39,601 bases of DNA from an uncultured Rickettsiales bacterium (GTDB taxonomy: Bacteria; Pseudomonadota; Alphaproteobacteria; CAJXXZ01; CAZLVD01), in the NCBI GenBank assembly GCA_964563095.1, contig CAZLVD010000001.1, forward strand, positions 50,703 through 90,303. Direction: 5' to 3'. A program made the translations under genes and the position numbers. Position 1 is the first letter of the stretch. Each line of letters opens with the position of its first letter. This document shows, piece by piece, positions 37,061 to 39,601 of the stretch. The notes beneath the pieces are model-generated. The model searched no databases. It was not told the DNA's origin and was given only the letters and a program-made list of their open reading frames with translations.

Positions 37061-37522
37061 CTATATGCAATGAAATAATGCGCAGGCTAAAGCATCTGTA
37101 GCATCAAAATTATTCCGAATATCTATATTCAATATACCGCATACATATTGTGCGACGAGATCCTTTTCAGCTCCTCCATCACCTGTAATTTTTTTCTTAA
37201 TAACACGAGTAGGTACATTAATCAGTTCGCAATTATATCTTGCAGAGCATAACACCGCCATAGATCTTGCCATACCTAATTTAATTATAGTATTACGATT
37301 GATACTAGCGAAAATCTCCTCTATCACCATAACATTTGGTTTATAGATAGATAAAAAATGACTAAGTTGCTCGAATAAAGAATTCAGTCGATTTTCCAGA
37401 TTATGAGTAGGCTTAGTCATCATGACTGCATGGGTAATGTATTTAGGTCTATTATTTACAAGTTCTATTAAACCTACTCCCATTTTATGCAAACCAGGAT
37501 CTATACCTACAATTAATGTCAT
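37061..37522 (-). CDS. ruvC: Crossover junction endodeoxyribonuclease RuvC
   Basis: N-terminal IVGIDPGLHKMGVGLIE (catalytic Asp), internal VMVIEEIFAS (Glu) and C-terminal DATDALACAL (Asp pair). 153 aa. Confidence 0.88.
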   Translation of the reverse strand: MTLIVGIDPGLHKMGVGLIELVNNRPKYITHAVMMTKPTHNLENRLNSLFEQLSHFLSIYKPNVMVIEEIFASINRNTIIKLGMARSMAVLCSARYNCELINVPTRVIKKKITGDGGAEKDLVAQYVCGILNIDIRNNFDATDALACALFHCI

Positions 37523-37701
37523 TTATTAATTACAGTATATATAGTTATATTTAAAAACTAAAATACTTTGTAGTAAAAAACTTTTTTAACTAAATAAGAG
37601 TATGATAGTAATGAATGCTGTGAAAAAATCTAGAAAATCATATAAGTCTATTTTTATTTTGAGAAAAACATGTTACAATAGTGCCAACGAGAGAGGCTAT
37701 A

Positions 37702-38127
37702 ATGTTAGTTGATAGATTGGCTAATGTATTGACATCCATACGAAATGCAGGTATGAGAGGGTTAGATACTGTGTCTGTTAATGTAAATAAACATGTGCTA
37801 GAAGTATTGAATGCTCTAAAATCACATGGATGTATCGGAGTTATTACGAGTTATGATAATGGTACTGCTGCACAATGTGTGAAAGTTGAATTGCTTTATA
37901 CAAAGAATCATGAGCATGTAATACAGCAAGTTCAACGTGTATCAAGAGTATCGAATAGAATTTATAAAGATGTGAAAGAATTAAAACGTTTATCATATCG
38001 TTTTATTGATAAATTGTATTTGGTTTCTACAAGCAAAGGTATTTTATCTGCGCAAGAAGCTGCAAAGCAAAATCTTGGCGGTGAAGTATTGTTGTTTGTG
38101 TCCAAAATAGGACAGGGGGTGATGTAA
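37702..38127 (+). CDS. rpsH: 30S ribosomal protein S8
   Basis: MLVDRLANVLTSIRNAGMRG matches the S8 N-terminus (D.iaDmLTrIRNa). The C-terminus has STSKGILS..EA...N.GGEVL. Start set at ATG 37702, preceded by GAGAGG; the track ORF begins at GTG 37681. Confidence 0.9.
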   Translation: MLVDRLANVLTSIRNAGMRGLDTVSVNVNKHVLEVLNALKSHGCIGVITSYDNGTAAQCVKVELLYTKNHEHVIQQVQRVSRVSNRIYKDVKELKRLSYRFIDKLYLVSTSKGILSAQEAAKQNLGGEVLLFVSKIGQGVM

Positions 38128-38128
38128 G

Positions 38129-38665
38129 ATGTCAAAAATCGGAAAGAGACCTGTAACAATACCAGCTGGTGTAAAAGTTCATTTCGAACACGGAGTATGT
38201 ACTGTAAGTCACGGAGCTAACAAGCAAACAGTTAATGTACCTTATTTCTTAGATTGTAAAATCGAAAAAGATATATTAAATGTAGTGCCTTTGAGATTAC
38301 GTGATAAGCATATGCGTGCAATGTGGGGTACAATTCGTGCATTGATAGCAAATGCTGTAGAAGGTTTGACAAAAGGATACGAAAAGAATCTTGAATTAAA
38401 AGGTCTTGGTTATAAGGCTGAAGTAAAAGGTTCAAATACAGAATTATTCTTAGGATACAGTCATATAGTGAAGTTTGCGAATCCAGAAGATGTAAAAATC
38501 AAGTGCGCAAAGCCTACACATATCGTAATTAATGGTCATGATAAGCAACGTGTTGGACAAGTAGCTGCAAACTTAAAGAGACTCAGAAAACATAATAGAT
38601 ACAAGGATTATGGTATTCATGAAATGGGTCAATGGCGTTATGTCAAGGTTCGTAAGAGCAAGTAA
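38129..38665 (+). CDS. rplF: 50S ribosomal protein L6
   Basis: MSKIGKRPVTIPAGVKV..., GLTKGYEKNLELKGLGYKAEVKG, LGYSH. It begins 1 nt after the rpsH stop, as in spc operons. Confidence 0.92.
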   Translation: MSKIGKRPVTIPAGVKVHFEHGVCTVSHGANKQTVNVPYFLDCKIEKDILNVVPLRLRDKHMRAMWGTIRALIANAVEGLTKGYEKNLELKGLGYKAEVKGSNTELFLGYSHIVKFANPEDVKIKCAKPTHIVINGHDKQRVGQVAANLKRLRKHNRYKDYGIHEMGQWRYVKVRKSK

Positions 38666-38900
38666 TTATTAGTCAGTATATATAAAATATTATCATCAAA
38701 AATATTCTTAATGCTGTGTGATATAGTTAAGATGCAATATTGTATTGTGTATATGCCTAATGTTGTGTATATTGCTAATATTGTATTACATAGTTAGTAT
38801 ATAGCATTGTATCAAAATATTCATATCATATATTCCTCATGTTGTATAGTATATTCGCAATTATATGGCGAGTTTATATTAAAGAAATATACTCATTATT

Positions 38901-39601
38901 ATGCTATATTATTACATGTACAAGATTTTAGCGTATTTAATTTTTATATCTTATGCGAATACAGAAAATCAAAGTTTTGCTCAAGATATTATTCAGAAAA
39001 TACAGCATATAAAGTCGATTAATGAAATAAGATTAGATATAGATAATATGGATGTAGAATGTAGTGATGAGTATAATAGAGAGAATAATGATGATAATGA
39101 GATCGCAATACTAAATCATACAGATCTAGAAATAAGCATACCTAAGAAATATCTCACTAAAGAATATATTAGCAAATGTGAATATAATAATGGCAGATTG
39201 ATTATTGAGATCAAGAAAGCCGATGGAAAATTGCTATTAAAAATGAAAAAATCAGTGAAAATCTATATGAATTTAGGCTCAGGTAAATTTACATATAATT
39301 CAAAATATGCTACAGATGTTACAATTAATGCTGGTTACATGGATTTAGATATCATATCATCGTTGAGTTCTTTAGAAATTTCTGCAGGCACATTAAATGG
39401 TCTGATTAAAAATTATAATTATCCGTGTGCGATTACTGCCGGAAGATGTGTATTAGATGTATATGATAATCAAGAAAATAGACTGACACAAGATGTAAAA
39501 TTCAAAATTACCGCGCCTGCTGGTAGATTAAAAATCTTTTCTAAACGAGCTATCTTTGATAATAAGCGTATGACAGCTATGCACTGTCGCGATAAAGATA
39601 T
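38901..39601 (+). CDS. Hypothetical secreted protein, 3'-truncated by the window edge
   Basis: Hand translation shows this frame open from 38883 to the window end (about 239 codons without a stop in AT-rich DNA). Candidate starts are ATG 38901 and 38916. It has a signal-like MYKILAYLIFISYA. The ORF track omits it, probably because no stop is reached. Confidence 0.55.
   Translation, partial: MLYYYMYKILAYLIFISYANTENQSFAQDIIQKIQHIKSINEIRLDIDNMDVECSDEYNRENNDDNEIAILNHTDLEISIPKKYLTKEYISKCEYNNGRLIIEIKKADGKLLLKMKKSVKIYMNLGSGKFTYNSKYATDVTINAGYMDLDIISSLSSLEISAGTLNGLIKNYNYPCAITAGRCVLDVYDNQENRLTQDVKFKITAPAGRLKIFSKRAIFDNKRMTAMHCRDKD

Noticed and set aside
37671-37679. Extended -10-like TGTTACAAT upstream of rpsH as a promoter
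   Set aside because: It is plausibly placed, but TA-rich hexamers are too frequent at this base composition and no properly spaced -35 is present. I cannot distinguish it from background without TSS data.
38807-39022. 71-aa plus-strand ORF downstream of rplF
   Set aside because: It has low-complexity Tyr/Ile-rich sequence. It overlaps the longer open frame (38883 to the window end) that has a signal peptide.
1-39601. Alternative genetic code (TGA read as Trp), or frameshifted or pseudogenised housekeeping genes
   Set aside because: All conserved genes translate full length under the standard bacterial code, with Trp at TGG. No interrupted housekeeping ORFs were seen.

Overview
This window is AT-rich (about 30% GC by eye) and uses the standard genetic code. 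It looks like a reduced alphaproteobacterial genome, probably an obligate intracellular Rickettsiales- or Holosporales-like symbiont. Support for that comes from a clear CtrA response regulator, a ProP-type MFS transporter and an alpha-type L36. Most genes are housekeeping: trpS, secY, infC, rnpA-rpmH, an rpoB-rpoC fusion, rplW-rplB, pth, trxB, argS, ruvC and rpsH-rplF, plus three tRNAs. These are interspersed with membrane or secreted ORFans and unusually long spacers.

Four observations stand out:
1. rpoB and rpoC form one 2823-codon in-frame fusion.
2. A full-length type VI secretion baseplate gene (tssF) sits alone, without tssE or tssG. It is divergently paired with a small secreted, possibly TssJ-like protein, and a 23-nt direct repeat occurs twice in the shared promoter region.
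3. The normally invariant S10-spc-alpha ribosomal protein cluster is broken into four separate islands: rpmJ, secY, rplW-rplB and rpsH-rplF.
4. Nearly every long spacer carries a near-identical tandem or local duplication with exactly two copies. Three of these duplicate the 3' end of a gene (rpmJ, rplB, tRNA-Thr).

I saw no rRNA, CRISPR array, transposase or integrase. The ORF track misses two short ribosomal protein genes (rpmJ, rpmH) and one 3'-truncated CDS at the right edge; I found these by hand translation.
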